A stretch of 64,000 bases of DNA from Candidatus Wolfebacteria bacterium. Lineage in GTDB: Bacteria > Patescibacteriota > Minisyncoccia > UBA6257 > UBA9933. The stretch lies in contig JANLIR010000003.1 of NCBI GenBank assembly GCA_024654025.1, positions 1,658 through 65,657 on the forward strand, read 5' to 3'. Positions 1-9,726 of the stretch are shown piece after piece. Numbering within the stretch: the stretch's first letter is position 1; each line of letters starts with the position of its first letter. Made by a program: the position numbers and the translations under genes. The notes under the pieces are model-generated. The model made no database searches, was not told the origin of the DNA, and was given only the letters and a program-made list of their open reading frames with translations.

Positions 1-1
1 A

Positions 2-340
2 GAATACGTGCCGCAGGCAATGGACATGGTCGGGCTTAAAGATAAAATGAGAAATTTTCCGAAAGAGCTTTCCGGCGGAGAAAAACAAAGGGTTGCGATT
101 GCGCGGGCTATGATTAATCATCCCGATGTGTTGATTGCCGACGAGCCGACTGGAAATTTGGATCCGATAAATACGTGGGATATTATTAAATTACTTTTAA
201 AAATAAATGAACTCGGGACAACGATAATTTTAGCGACTCACAACAAGGACATAGTTAATTTTTTAGATCGAAGAGTTATAAGTTTGGAAAATGGTCGGGT
301 TATAAGAGACGAACAAAAAGGACGATACATACTCGTTTAA
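2..340 (+). CDS. ftsE: Cell-division ABC transporter ATP-binding protein FtsE (5' partial, gene runs off window start)
   Basis: ABC signature LSGGEKQRVAIARA, Walker B VLIADEPTGNLD, H-loop ATH; directly followed by ftsX. Confidence 0.85.
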   Translation, partial: EYVPQAMDMVGLKDKMRNFPKELSGGEKQRVAIARAMINHPDVLIADEPTGNLDPINTWDIIKLLLKINELGTTIILATHNKDIVNFLDRRVISLENGRVIRDEQKGRYILV

Positions 341-359
341 AATTTCTACTTTTTAACAC

Positions 360-1271
360 ATGTTTCTTACTAAATTATTCAGGACAATAAAATACGGTTT
401 TTTGAGATTTTGGCGAGAGGGTTCGCTTTCGACGGCGACTGTGGCTATAGTTTTTTTGGTTTTAGTCGGATTTGGAGGACTGATTCTTTTTAATACGATA
501 TCCAATAAAACTCTTGGTTATATCCAGGATAAAGTTGATATTAGCGTTTATTTCAAGCCAGACGCCAATGAGGATGAAATAATAAGGATGCAAAAGTCTC
601 TTCAGCAGATGACTGAGGTGAAATCCGTTGAATATGTTTCTAAGGACAGGGCTCTTGAGATATTCAAAGAACGGAACGCGAATGACCCAAAAATTTCTCA
701 AGCGCTCGTGGTTGTTGATACTAATCCATTCGGAGCGTATCTCAATATTAAAGCGAGGGAATTGAAAGATTACGCGGCTATTAATACGTATTTAGACAAA
801 GATGCTTTTAAGAGCGAGGTAGATAAGATTTCTTATACTGAAAGCGCGGCTGTGATAGAACGGTTAAAAAAAATAAAAACAACGGTTGAGCAAAGCGCGT
901 TCGTGCTTTTGATTTTTATCGTGGCAACGGCGGCTTTGATAATTTTTAACACGATAAAATTAGCTATCCATTCAAATCGCGACGAGATTGGAATAATGCG
1001 ATTAGTAGGCGCGTCCAATTATTTTATTCAAGGGCCATTTTTGGTGGAGGGAATTTTATACGGGATATTGGGAGGAATTATGGCGACTTTGGTGATTGGA
1101 GGAGGAATTTATTATCTTTCTCCGTATATGAGAATTTTTGTTCCGGATTTGGACGGCTGGAATTATTTTGTTTCCAATTCGTTTAGATTTTTGGTTTACG
1201 AAGTTCTTTTTGGAATTTTATTGGGAGTTGTTTCGAGTTATATCGCGGTAAGAAAATATTTGAAGATTTAA
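360..1271 (+). CDS. ftsX: Cell-division permease FtsX
   Basis: N-terminal TM, periplasmic domain, C-terminal 3-TM FtsX fold; gene order ftsE-ftsX. Confidence 0.8.
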   Translation: MFLTKLFRTIKYGFLRFWREGSLSTATVAIVFLVLVGFGGLILFNTISNKTLGYIQDKVDISVYFKPDANEDEIIRMQKSLQQMTEVKSVEYVSKDRALEIFKERNANDPKISQALVVVDTNPFGAYLNIKARELKDYAAINTYLDKDAFKSEVDKISYTESAAVIERLKKIKTTVEQSAFVLLIFIVATAALIIFNTIKLAIHSNRDEIGIMRLVGASNYFIQGPFLVEGILYGILGGIMATLVIGGGIYYLSPYMRIFVPDLDGWNYFVSNSFRFLVYEVLFGILLGVVSSYIAVRKYLKI

Positions 1272-1335
1272 TTTACGAATCTATATATTAAAATAACGGC
1301 CGTAAGCGGCCGTTATTTTAATATGGAATGATTAA

Positions 1336-3279
1336 TCAGTCTAACTTATACACAAATAATGTTGTTCCTACGCGGTAATCGGGTTTGTATGGATCTTTTA
1401 TTTTTTGCAACCAGCGATATTCGTCTTCCGGTTTTCTTTGTTGGCCAATACGCAGTTTGCCTATATCGCCTTGAAGATTGTTTATTGACACTGCCAGCCA
1501 GTAAATTTCGTCGTATTTGGGATTGTTTTTAGAAGACTGCCAGTCTTCGGCCTTGTTTCCTAGATAATATTTTAAATTGCCGCCCCCGAAATAATCAATC
1601 GCTATTTTGTCTATTTTTTCTCCAGCCGGCGGATTATCAACAAATTTTTTGAGGCGTTTTAAGTCTTGTCCCCAGTCATAATTTGAGTCAGTAACGGATT
1701 TGTAGCCATTGTAAATGCCGCCGCCCAGTTCGTTGAAATAAGAAAGAAAATATGGATAAGCGAAAGCGGTTTCCAAAAAGAACCAAACAGCAAGAATTAT
1801 AATAAGCGCGGTTTTGGCGGAAGATTTGAAGGCTTGAACGGTGAATTTGAAAAGATTTCTGAAAAAACCGCCTTCAAAATAAGTTCTATTTTTAGACCAT
1901 TCCTTCAAAACCACCGTTGATAAAATATAGATCAAGGGAATGGTTGGTAAAATATGCCGATAGCCGATATTTAGCGGACTTTTTATGCTATAGAGCCAAT
2001 AAAATATGGCAAACGCGAGCATTGAGAATTCCGGAAAAGAAACGCCGATATAATCGGATAGGTTTTTTAAGCCCAACTCTCTTTTGAAAATTTTTCTAAT
2101 TAATCCGCCCAGCGCTATGAATATTGCCAAAGCGATAATTATAAGAGAGGGAATCGGTTCTTTTAAGAGAAACACGACTGGGAAATAGTACCACCAACCG
2201 GCGGCAGAAACTTCTCCTAAGAAATATCCCGTGTTTCCTCCGGAAGATCTTTGCATTACCATCAAGACTCCGAGCATGTACTCGCCAAGCGGCCTTAAAA
2301 TTTTACTCTTGGCCATTAAAATATTTACTTCAGCAAGGCATCTGACACGGCGCGCGAGAGGCACGCCGCTATTTAATTTACATGTTGAAAGATTAGTGTC
2401 CGGCCCATTGGCAAAGGAAGTTAAAATAAATGTTGTGTCGGAAACTTGTTTTTCCACGGGATAGTTTATTGTGAAAACAAAGTAAACAGCGTAAACAAGA
2501 ACGTAGCCGAGCGCGAAAACGGCAACAACGTATTTCAAATAATAAAACAGCTCTTTTACAAGTGTCAGCAGTTTGCCGAAAAAATTTTGACCGAACCATA
2601 AATTTTTCGCTTTCCAAATAGCATACACAATAGCGAGAAAAATAAAAAACGGAATTAAAAGAACCGCCGAAAATTTTAAAAGTTGGGCGATGCCAAAAGC
2701 GATTCCGGCGTAAATCAGGCGTTTGCCCGAAGGATTAAGAGTGAATTTTACAAAATAATAAAGAGCGACAAAAATTCCAAAAGTGGCGGCAATGTCGGTT
2801 GTAACATAATGGCTGTGCGCCAAAACGGTCGGCGAAAACGCGAATAGAAATGTTGGCAGAAAAGCCCACCAACGGCCGACGATTTCACTGGCCCAGATGT
2901 AAATGAATAATATAAGAAGAAGAGTCAAAAGCATCGGAGCTAGCCGGGCCCAGTTGATTATCTGGTCGGCGTTGTTTCCAGATTCATAAAGAAATTGCGT
3001 TCCTAATGCCCATTGTCCGTTTATTTCTGTTTGCCAGTCGCGGCTTTGAGTTGGAAAATTCAGTTTTTGAAAAAGAAGAGGAAGCGCCGATAAGGCTTTA
3101 ATTAGCGGCGGGTGTTCGGGATTTAGCCGATAATCAAGATAACGAACGTATCCATAGCCGGCAGGGATATGGGCGAGTTCGTCCATAACCGCCGATTCCT
3201 GGAGCGAAACGCTCAGCGATAAACCAAACGACGCTATGATAATTAAACCTACAAGAGACCATTGAAAATATTTAGACAT
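1336..3279 (-). CDS. GT-C fold glycosyltransferase, PMT/ArnT-like (GT39/GT83 family) polytopic membrane protein
   Basis: 647 aa, >10 TM helices, N-terminal DE..AHIPAGYGYV..HPPL loop typical of dolichyl/undecaprenyl-phosphate-sugar dependent transferases. Confidence 0.6.
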   Translation of the reverse strand: MSKYFQWSLVGLIIIASFGLSLSVSLQESAVMDELAHIPAGYGYVRYLDYRLNPEHPPLIKALSALPLLFQKLNFPTQSRDWQTEINGQWALGTQFLYESGNNADQIINWARLAPMLLTLLLILFIYIWASEIVGRWWAFLPTFLFAFSPTVLAHSHYVTTDIAATFGIFVALYYFVKFTLNPSGKRLIYAGIAFGIAQLLKFSAVLLIPFFIFLAIVYAIWKAKNLWFGQNFFGKLLTLVKELFYYLKYVVAVFALGYVLVYAVYFVFTINYPVEKQVSDTTFILTSFANGPDTNLSTCKLNSGVPLARRVRCLAEVNILMAKSKILRPLGEYMLGVLMVMQRSSGGNTGYFLGEVSAAGWWYYFPVVFLLKEPIPSLIIIALAIFIALGGLIRKIFKRELGLKNLSDYIGVSFPEFSMLAFAIFYWLYSIKSPLNIGYRHILPTIPLIYILSTVVLKEWSKNRTYFEGGFFRNLFKFTVQAFKSSAKTALIIILAVWFFLETAFAYPYFLSYFNELGGGIYNGYKSVTDSNYDWGQDLKRLKKFVDNPPAGEKIDKIAIDYFGGGNLKYYLGNKAEDWQSSKNNPKYDEIYWLAVSINNLQGDIGKLRIGQQRKPEDEYRWLQKIKDPYKPDYRVGTTLFVYKLD

Positions 3280-3358
3280 AAAAAATTAAAATTCAGGCGA
3301 AATTTAAGCGACTTTTTAAATTTTGTTATTTTAATAATTATAATATAAAATCTTATTA

Positions 3359-3676
3359 ATGATAACAGTGGGAAAGAGCAAACCGCTTTTTTGGACAGCG
3401 CACAGCAAAGGGAAAATGAATTTTTACCGGCTATCGGCGGGAAGAGTGAAAAGAATAATACATTCTCCTGAAAGAATTGAGGTTGGAATTGCCCCTAACA
3501 CTATCGCGATGATGCAGTCGGTAAAAAGCCAAAAACATCCGTATGAAATTTGGACGATGATTCAGGAAACAAGAACGAAGCGTAGAGTGATTTCCGCGTG
3601 GAGATATCCGGGTATAACTAAGCCGGGCGACTCGATTCCGGAAGAAATTTTAAGGGAATTGAAAAATGTTTTATGA
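3359..3676 (+). CDS. Hypothetical protein
   Basis: 105-aa ORF, basic, no recognisable family; start uncertain (internal Met MNFYRL possible). Confidence 0.35.
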   Translation: MITVGKSKPLFWTAHSKGKMNFYRLSAGRVKRIIHSPERIEVGIAPNTIAMMQSVKSQKHPYEIWTMIQETRTKRRVISAWRYPGITKPGDSIPEEILRELKNVL

Positions 3677-3693
3677 CGGTATTTATCATATTA

Positions 3694-3721
3694 TTGACTT
3701 TTTTTATAATTGGACTATAAT
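3694..3721 (+). promoter_or_regulatory. Putative sigma70 promoter of nusA (TTGACT - 16 bp - TATAAT)
   Basis: ttgact at 3694-3699, tataat at 3716-3721. Confidence 0.45.
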
Positions 3722-3734
3722 TAAAAAGATTAAT

Positions 3735-3760
3735 GGATCCGCGGCCCGCGGGTCTTTTTT
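3735..3760 (+). terminator. GC hairpin plus T6 in the nusA leader (attenuator-like intrinsic terminator)
   Basis: ggatccgcggcccgcgggtc followed by tttttt, located between the putative promoter and the nusA ATG at 3770. Confidence 0.5.
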
Positions 3761-3769
3761 AAAAAAAAT

Positions 3770-5041
3770 ATGGATTTTAAATCATTAAATTGGGCGATAA
3801 AGCAGATTGCGGAAGAAAAAGGCATTGAACCGGATAAGGTTTTCGAAGCCGTCGAATCCGCGATCGCGGCCGCCTACAAAAAAGAATATTGCAAGAGAGG
3901 AGAAATTGTTCACGTGAAAATGGATCCAAAAACCGGAAGCCTTAATTTTTGGAAGACAAAAATAGTTGTTGATGAAACAACGGTGAGAATAGAAGAGGAG
4001 CCCTCCGTCGCTGAGGTTTTGGAGGGTAAAGAAGGGATGAAAAGGGGTGTGTCCTTTGAAATTTTAGCGAAGGAGGATGATGAAGAAAAAATCCCCAAAT
4101 ATAATCCCGACCGGCATATTTTAATAAAAGAAGCGAAAGAAATAAAACCCGATGCGGAATTAGACGAAGAATTAATTTTTCCTCTGGAAGAACACGAGGA
4201 TTTTGGAAGAATTGCGGCCCAAACCGCCAAACAAGTCATTATTCAGAAATTAAGAGAGGAAGAAAGAATGTCGGTGCAAAGAGAATTTCAAGGCAAGGAA
4301 GGCCAGATTGTAAGCGGTATTGTGCAGAGAATTGAAAGAGGAAATGTTTTTGTCGATCTCGGCCGGGCGGCCGGAATTATGTTTTTTAACGAAACAATTC
4401 CCGGAGAATATTATCGAGTAAGCGAAAGGTTAAAATTTTATCTTTTGGCGGTACAAAACGAAGAAGGAAAACGGCCCGGAATTATTTTGTCTCGCAGCCA
4501 CCCTCAATTTGTGGCAAGGCTTTTTGAACTTGAAGTGCCGGAAATTGCCGACGGTTTGGTAGAAATAAAAGGAATTGCCAGAGAAGCCGGAAGCAGAACA
4601 AAAATCGCCGTTGCCTCAAAAGAAGAAGGTATTGATCCGGTTGGCGCGTCTGTCGGTCAAAGAGGCACGAGAGTAATGGCTGTTACTAATGAGCTTGGAA
4701 ACGAAAAAATAGATATCATTGAGTGGCACGAAGAGATAGAAAAGTTTTTAGCCGCGTCTTTGTCTCCGGCAAAAGCGAGAGATGTGGAAATTATGCCCAG
4801 AAGAGAAGCTAAAATTTTTGTTCCTGAAGATCAGCTAAGTTTGGCTATAGGAAAAGACGGCCAAAATGTCCGTTTGGCGGCGATGCTTACGGGTTGGAAA
4901 ATAGATATTCGTTCTCAGTCGCGTCCGGATCAGGTTCAGGAAGGGGGAATTGCGGAAATCCAAAACGAAGGAGAAAAAGCAGAAGAAAAAACAGAAGAAA
5001 TTACCGAAGAAAAAGTTGAAAAAAACGAGGAAAATAAATAG
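3770..5041 (+). CDS. nusA: Transcription termination/antitermination factor NusA
   Basis: NusA N-terminal domain (AIKQIAEEKGIEPDKVFEAVESAIAAAYKK), S1 and tandem KH domains, acidic C-terminal tail. Confidence 0.85.
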   Translation: MDFKSLNWAIKQIAEEKGIEPDKVFEAVESAIAAAYKKEYCKRGEIVHVKMDPKTGSLNFWKTKIVVDETTVRIEEEPSVAEVLEGKEGMKRGVSFEILAKEDDEEKIPKYNPDRHILIKEAKEIKPDAELDEELIFPLEEHEDFGRIAAQTAKQVIIQKLREEERMSVQREFQGKEGQIVSGIVQRIERGNVFVDLGRAAGIMFFNETIPGEYYRVSERLKFYLLAVQNEEGKRPGIILSRSHPQFVARLFELEVPEIADGLVEIKGIAREAGSRTKIAVASKEEGIDPVGASVGQRGTRVMAVTNELGNEKIDIIEWHEEIEKFLAASLSPAKARDVEIMPRREAKIFVPEDQLSLAIGKDGQNVRLAAMLTGWKIDIRSQSRPDQVQEGGIAEIQNEGEKAEEKTEEITEEKVEKNEENK

Positions 5042-5088
5042 AATTAATTAATAAATTTAAAAGGTCATATTATTTATAGTTGTAAAAT

Positions 5089-5166
5089 GTCATCCTGAGC
5101 CGCAGGCGAAGGATCTCATCCAATTCCGACGAGATTCTTCTCCGTCGGCTGACGGATCAGAATGAC
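5089..5166 (+). repeat. Imperfect palindromic repeat unit (REP-like), copy 1
   Basis: gtcatcctgagccgcaggcgaaggatctc ... gagattcttctccgtcggctgacggatcagaatgac; the two halves are imperfect reverse complements; the right half recurs at 17283-17321. Confidence 0.55.
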
Positions 5167-5176
5167 GGAATAAGAA

Positions 5177-7147
5177 ATGTTTTATTTTACAGTTGTTCCA
5201 GCATTGATAGCGATTTTGTACAGTGTTTACATAATTTTTTGGCTTCGAAAGCAGCCGGATGGGGACGAGAAAATGAAAGAAATTTCCGGCGCGATTAAAA
5301 CGGGCGCGATGGCGTTTTTAAACAGAGAATATCGCACGGTCGGGATTGTTGCGTTAGTTATATCAGTCGTTTTATTTATAGCTTTCGGATGGCTATCGGT
5401 TTTGGGATTTTTAATCGGCGCGTCAGCGTCGGCCTTCGCCGGTTATATCGGGATGTTAATTTCGGTCAGTTCTAATTTAAAGACAACCGAGGCGGCGAAA
5501 AAAGGTTTGGCGCCGGCTTTGTACGTAGCTTTTAGAGCCGGTTCAGTTACCGGATTTTTAGTTGTAGCGCTTTCTCTTTTGGCGGTGAGTTTATTTTATT
5601 TCGCGACAAACGATTTGAAAGTTTTAGTTTCTTTGGGATTTGGCGCGAGTTTGATTTCCATATTCGCGCGGCTCGGCGGGGGAATTTTTACCAAAGCCGC
5701 TGACGTGGGAGCGGACTTGGTTGGGAAAGTTGAAGCCGGAATTCCCGAAGATGATCTGAGAAATCCGGCGGTTATCGCCGATTTAGTTGGAGATAACGCG
5801 GGTGATTGCGCGGGAATGGCAGCCGATCTTTTTGAAACTTACGCAGTTACTTTAATTGCTTCTATGCTTTTGGGCGCTTTGACTTTTGTCGGCAATGTCG
5901 GAATTTATTTCCCTTTGGCTTTGGCTGGAACAGCAATTATAGCTTCTGTTTTGGGAAGTTTGTTCGTGAAGCTTGGTAAAGACGGGAAAATTATGAAAGC
6001 GCTTTATAAAGGAGTTTTCGCTTCAACGATAATTTCGGCGATTTTGTTTTATCCGGTATCAATAATTTATTTTGGAAATAGTTACGGCGGTTATTATTTG
6101 AGCGCGTTGGTTGGATTGGTCGTGATGGTTTTGATGGTGGTGGTAACCGATTATTATACTTCGAAAAGTTTTAGGCCGGTTAAATCAATCGCCGACGCGT
6201 CCAAATCTGGACATGGAACAAATATTATTATGGGTTTGGCAATAAGTATGGAGTCTACATTTTTGCCGGTTGTGATAATCGGCGCGGGGATTTTAGCGAG
6301 TTTTTATTTGGCGGGAATTTACGGCGTGGCTACCGCGGTTTTGGCAATGCTTTCAGCTACGGGAATGATTGTGGCAATTGATTCTTTCGGGCCTATTACC
6401 GATAACGCCGGCGGAATCGCGGAGATGACGCACCAACCGGAAGAGGTCAGAAAAGTTACTGACGCTTTGGATGCGGTAGGAAACACAACTAAAGCGGTTA
6501 CTAAGGGATATGCTATTGCTTCGGCAGGGCTGGCGGCTTTGGTTCTTTTTGCCAGTTATTCGCAGGAACTATCCGCGCATCTGGGAGGAATTAATTTTGA
6601 TTTGAGCGACCCGTTAGTAATTATCGGATTAATTGCCGGAGCTTCTATCCCTTATTTATTCGGGTCGTTCGCGATGCGCTCAGTTGGAAAAGCCGCGGGA
6701 ACGGTTGTTGAAGAAGTTAGGAGGCAGTTTCGGGAAATCCCCGGAATCATGGAAGGCACTGGAAAGCCGGATTACCACAGGGCGGTTGATATTGTTACCA
6801 AAGCGGCTCTTAAAGAAATGATAGTGCCGGCGCTTCTTCCGATTGCCGCTGTTTTACTTGTTGGGTTTTTACTTGGCGCTAAAGCTTTGGGGGGGCTTTT
6901 AATCGGTTCGATTATTTCCGGACTTTTTGTGGCTATTTCAATGACGTCAGGAGGAGCGGCGTGGGACAATGCCAAGAAATATATTGAAGAAGGAAATTAC
7001 GGCGGAAAAGGTTCTGACGCCCATAAAGCAGCAGTTACCGGAGATACTGTCGGCGATCCTTATAAAGACACTGCCGGTCCGGCGATAAATCCTTTGATAA
7101 AAGTCATAAACATAGTCGCGCTTTTAATTGTAAAGTTTTTGAAGTAG
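5177..7147 (+). CDS. hppA: Membrane-bound proton-translocating pyrophosphatase (V-type H+-PPase)
   Basis: [20 protein letters not shown] and [19 protein letters not shown] motifs, 15-16 TM. Confidence 0.9.
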   Translation: MFYFTVVPALIAILYSVYIIFWLRKQPDGDEKMKEISGAIKTGAMAFLNREYRTVGIVALVISVVLFIAFGWLSVLGFLIGASASAFAGYIGMLISVSSNLKTTEAAKKGLAPALYVAFRAGSVTGFLVVALSLLAVSLFYFATNDLKVLVSLGFGASLISIFARLGGGIFTKAADVGADLVGKVEAGIPEDDLRNPAVIADLVGDNAGDCAGMAADLFETYAVTLIASMLLGALTFVGNVGIYFPLALAGTAIIASVLGSLFVKLGKDGKIMKALYKGVFASTIISAILFYPVSIIYFGNSYGGYYLSALVGLVVMVLMVVVTDYYTSKSFRPVKSIADASKSGHGTNIIMGLAISMESTFLPVVIIGAGILASFYLAGIYGVATAVLAMLSATGMIVAIDSFGPITDNAGGIAEMTHQPEEVRKVTDALDAVGNTTKAVTKGYAIASAGLAALVLFASYSQELSAHLGGINFDLSDPLVIIGLIAGASIPYLFGSFAMRSVGKAAGTVVEEVRRQFREIPGIMEGTGKPDYHRAVDIVTKAALKEMIVPALLPIAAVLLVGFLLGAKALGGLLIGSIISGLFVAISMTSGGAAWDNAKKYIEEGNYGGKGSDAHKAAVTGDTVGDPYKDTAGPAINPLIKVINIVALLIVKFLK

Positions 7148-7165
7148 AGGTATAATTATGTTCTT

Positions 7166-7759
7166 ATGGAACTAATACCCACAGTAATAGAAAAAGTGCA
7201 GGGAGGGGAAAGGGCTTATGATATTTATTCGCGGCTTTTGAAAGAGCGTATAATTTTTCTTGGCGGGTCGATTAATGACGCGGTTGCCAATTCAGTAATT
7301 GCCCAATTATTATTTTTAGAGCATGAAGACGCAAAAAAAGACATTAAGCTTTATATAAATAGCCCGGGAGGAGTAGTTTCAGCGGGACTCGCTATTTATG
7401 ACACGATGCAGCACGTTAAACCGGATGTTTCAACGATTTGTATCGGTACTGCGGCTTCCGCGGCGGCCTTGCTTTTATCGGCGGGGAAAAAAGGCAAAAG
7501 ATTTTCTCTTCCTAATGCCGATATTTTACTTCACCAGGTAATGGGAGGAGCGGAAGGACAAGCCGTTGACGTGGAAATTGCGGCGCGGCAGATTTTGAAA
7601 ATCAGAGAACGAATAAATCAGATTTTGGTAAAACACACGGGACAACCGATGTCTAAAATAGAAAGAGATACGGACAGGGATTTTTGGCTGTCGGCTTTAG
7701 AGGCGAAGCAGTACGGTGTGATTGACGAAATCATAAAAGGCAAAAACGGCCGCATTTAG
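7166..7759 (+). CDS. clpP: ATP-dependent Clp protease proteolytic subunit ClpP
   Basis: [37 protein letters not shown] catalytic Ser and His motifs. Confidence 0.9.
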   Translation: MELIPTVIEKVQGGERAYDIYSRLLKERIIFLGGSINDAVANSVIAQLLFLEHEDAKKDIKLYINSPGGVVSAGLAIYDTMQHVKPDVSTICIGTAASAAALLLSAGKKGKRFSLPNADILLHQVMGGAEGQAVDVEIAARQILKIRERINQILVKHTGQPMSKIERDTDRDFWLSALEAKQYGVIDEIIKGKNGRI

Positions 7760-7781
7760 AACAATTGTTTTTTTTAATAAT

Positions 7782-8846
7782 ATGTTCTCTAAAAAACCAA
7801 AAATCGCGATAAACGGATTTGGGAGAATAGGAAGATTGTTTTTCCGACAAGCGTTTCCCGCCCGAGGCGGATCCGCCTTTGGCGGAGACGCGGAGAAATT
7901 TAATATTGTTGCCATAAATGATTTGGGAGATATTGAAAATTTAGCGTATTTATTGAAATACGATTCTGTTTACAGAATTTATGATAAAGAAGTTAAAGCC
8001 AATAGAGAAAAGGGCGTAATTTTGGTTGACGGAAAAGAAGTTAAATTTATTTCTGAAAAAGATCCAACTAAGTTGCCGTGGAAAGAATTAGAAATCGACA
8101 TAGTGGTTGAGTCGACAGGAGCGTATGAATCTTTTGAAAAATCCAAAGCGCATTTGGATGCTGGAGCCAAGAAAGTAGTTTTAACTGCTCCCGCTAAAGA
8201 CCAAGACGGCCAAATAGGAAAAACTGTTTTGGTTGGATTAAACGAAAACGAGTTGAAAACTTGCAATATAAGCTCTAACGCGTCTTGTACGACCAACGCG
8301 GCTTCGCCGGTAATCGCCATAATGTCCGAAGAGCCGGGTATTGAAAAAGCTGTTTTAAACACTATACATGCATATACCAATACGCAGACGATTGTTGATA
8401 GCCCTGTTAAGGGAAATGATTTTAGACGCGGTCGGGCCGGAGCTCAAAATATAATTCCTTCGACAACCGGAGCGGCGATAGCGGTAACGCGGGCTTTTAA
8501 AGAATTGGAAGGAAAATTTGACGGCATTGCCATAAGAGTGCCGGTTGTAACCGGATCAATTGCGGATATAACTTTTATTTCAAAAAGAAATACTTCAGCC
8601 GAGGAAATAAACGAAATTTTTAAAAAAGCGGAGAAATCAAAACGCTGGCAGGGGATTTTAAAAACAACCGAAGATCAGATTGTTTCAACGGATATCATCG
8701 GTGAGCCATACGGAGCGATTGTTGATTTAAAATTTACCAAAGTCATCGGCGGCAATTTGGTGAAAGTTTTGAGCTGGTATGATAACGAAGCCGGATATGT
8801 GGCAACTCTTATAAAACACGTTCTTAAAGCTGCGGAGAGTTTATAA
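7782..8846 (+). CDS. gap: Glyceraldehyde-3-phosphate dehydrogenase (with a 12-aa GC-rich loop insertion near the N-terminus)
   Basis: INGFGRIGR, SNASCTTNAASP active-site motif, WYDNE; insertion PARGGSAFGGDAEK between the Rossmann strand and VAINDL. Confidence 0.9.
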   Translation: MFSKKPKIAINGFGRIGRLFFRQAFPARGGSAFGGDAEKFNIVAINDLGDIENLAYLLKYDSVYRIYDKEVKANREKGVILVDGKEVKFISEKDPTKLPWKELEIDIVVESTGAYESFEKSKAHLDAGAKKVVLTAPAKDQDGQIGKTVLVGLNENELKTCNISSNASCTTNAASPVIAIMSEEPGIEKAVLNTIHAYTNTQTIVDSPVKGNDFRRGRAGAQNIIPSTTGAAIAVTRAFKELEGKFDGIAIRVPVVTGSIADITFISKRNTSAEEINEIFKKAEKSKRWQGILKTTEDQIVSTDIIGEPYGAIVDLKFTKVIGGNLVKVLSWYDNEAGYVATLIKHVLKAAESL

Positions 8847-8866
8847 TTATCAATAAGCAAATTGTT

Positions 8867-8995
8867 TCTCGCTACCGTTCGCTCGCCCAGCGAGCGTGCT
8901 CACTGGCGTTCGTCGTTCGCTCCTCCGACACTTCGGTCGGAGACCATGCCCGCTCACTCCTCAAGCCGCGCTCGAAATCAATTTTCTTATTGTAA
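8867..8995. other. GC-rich hairpin-dense intergenic segment (candidate structured RNA or leader upstream of trmD)
   Basis: about 60% GC in an AT-rich genome; hairpins cgctcg-cccag-cgagcg and ctccgac-acttcg-gtcggag; no ORF. Confidence 0.35.
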
Positions 8996-9013
8996 ATACA
9001 ATTTAAAGTATCC

Positions 9014-9667
9014 ATGAGATTTGATATTATTACGATTTTTCCTCAAATTTTTGACTCGTATTTAAACGAGTCGATTTTAAAGCGCGCGCAAGCAAAGAAA
9101 TTGATTGATATAAAAATCCATAATTTGAGGGATTTTACTTCTAATAAACATAAAAAAGTTGACGATAAGCCGTTTGGAGGCGGACCGGGAATGGTTTTAA
9201 TGGCTGAACCAATAATTAAGGCTGTAAAGAAGGCGGTAAAATCGAAAAAAACAAAGGTAATTTTGTTTTCTGCCGGAGGCAAGCAATTTGATAATAAAGC
9301 CGCTCGTGTTTTGTCTAAGTATAACCAATTGGTTTTTGTGTGTGGAAGATATGAAGGCGTAGATGAGCGGGTAAAAAAAGCGGTAAAAGATTTGGGTTTG
9401 GGCGTGGAGGAGATTTCTATTGGTCCGTACGTTTTGACGGGAGGGGAGCTTCCGGCGATGGTTTTAATTGACGCGATTTCAAGACAAATAAAAGACGTTT
9501 TGGGAAAGCAAGAATCATTGGAAGAAAAAAGATTGGGCGTTGGAGTGCCGGGTTATACTCGACCGGAAGCTTTTATTTTTCGCAAGAAAAAATATCCAAC
9601 TCCTAAAGTTCTTTTATCCGGCAACCACCAAAAAATAGAGGAGTGGCGCCGAAAAAATAAAAAGTGA
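9014..9667 (+). CDS. trmD: tRNA (guanine37-N1)-methyltransferase TrmD
   Basis: MRFDIITIFP..FGGGPGMVLM..VCGRYEGVDERV SPOUT knot motifs. Confidence 0.9.
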   Translation: MRFDIITIFPQIFDSYLNESILKRAQAKKLIDIKIHNLRDFTSNKHKKVDDKPFGGGPGMVLMAEPIIKAVKKAVKSKKTKVILFSAGGKQFDNKAARVLSKYNQLVFVCGRYEGVDERVKKAVKDLGLGVEEISIGPYVLTGGELPAMVLIDAISRQIKDVLGKQESLEEKRLGVGVPGYTRPEAFIFRKKKYPTPKVLLSGNHQKIEEWRRKNKK

Positions 9668-9726
9668 TTGAAAAGATTAAATTAAATAACTAGGCGTTGT
9701 GGTATACATTTACTACAATTGTTTCC

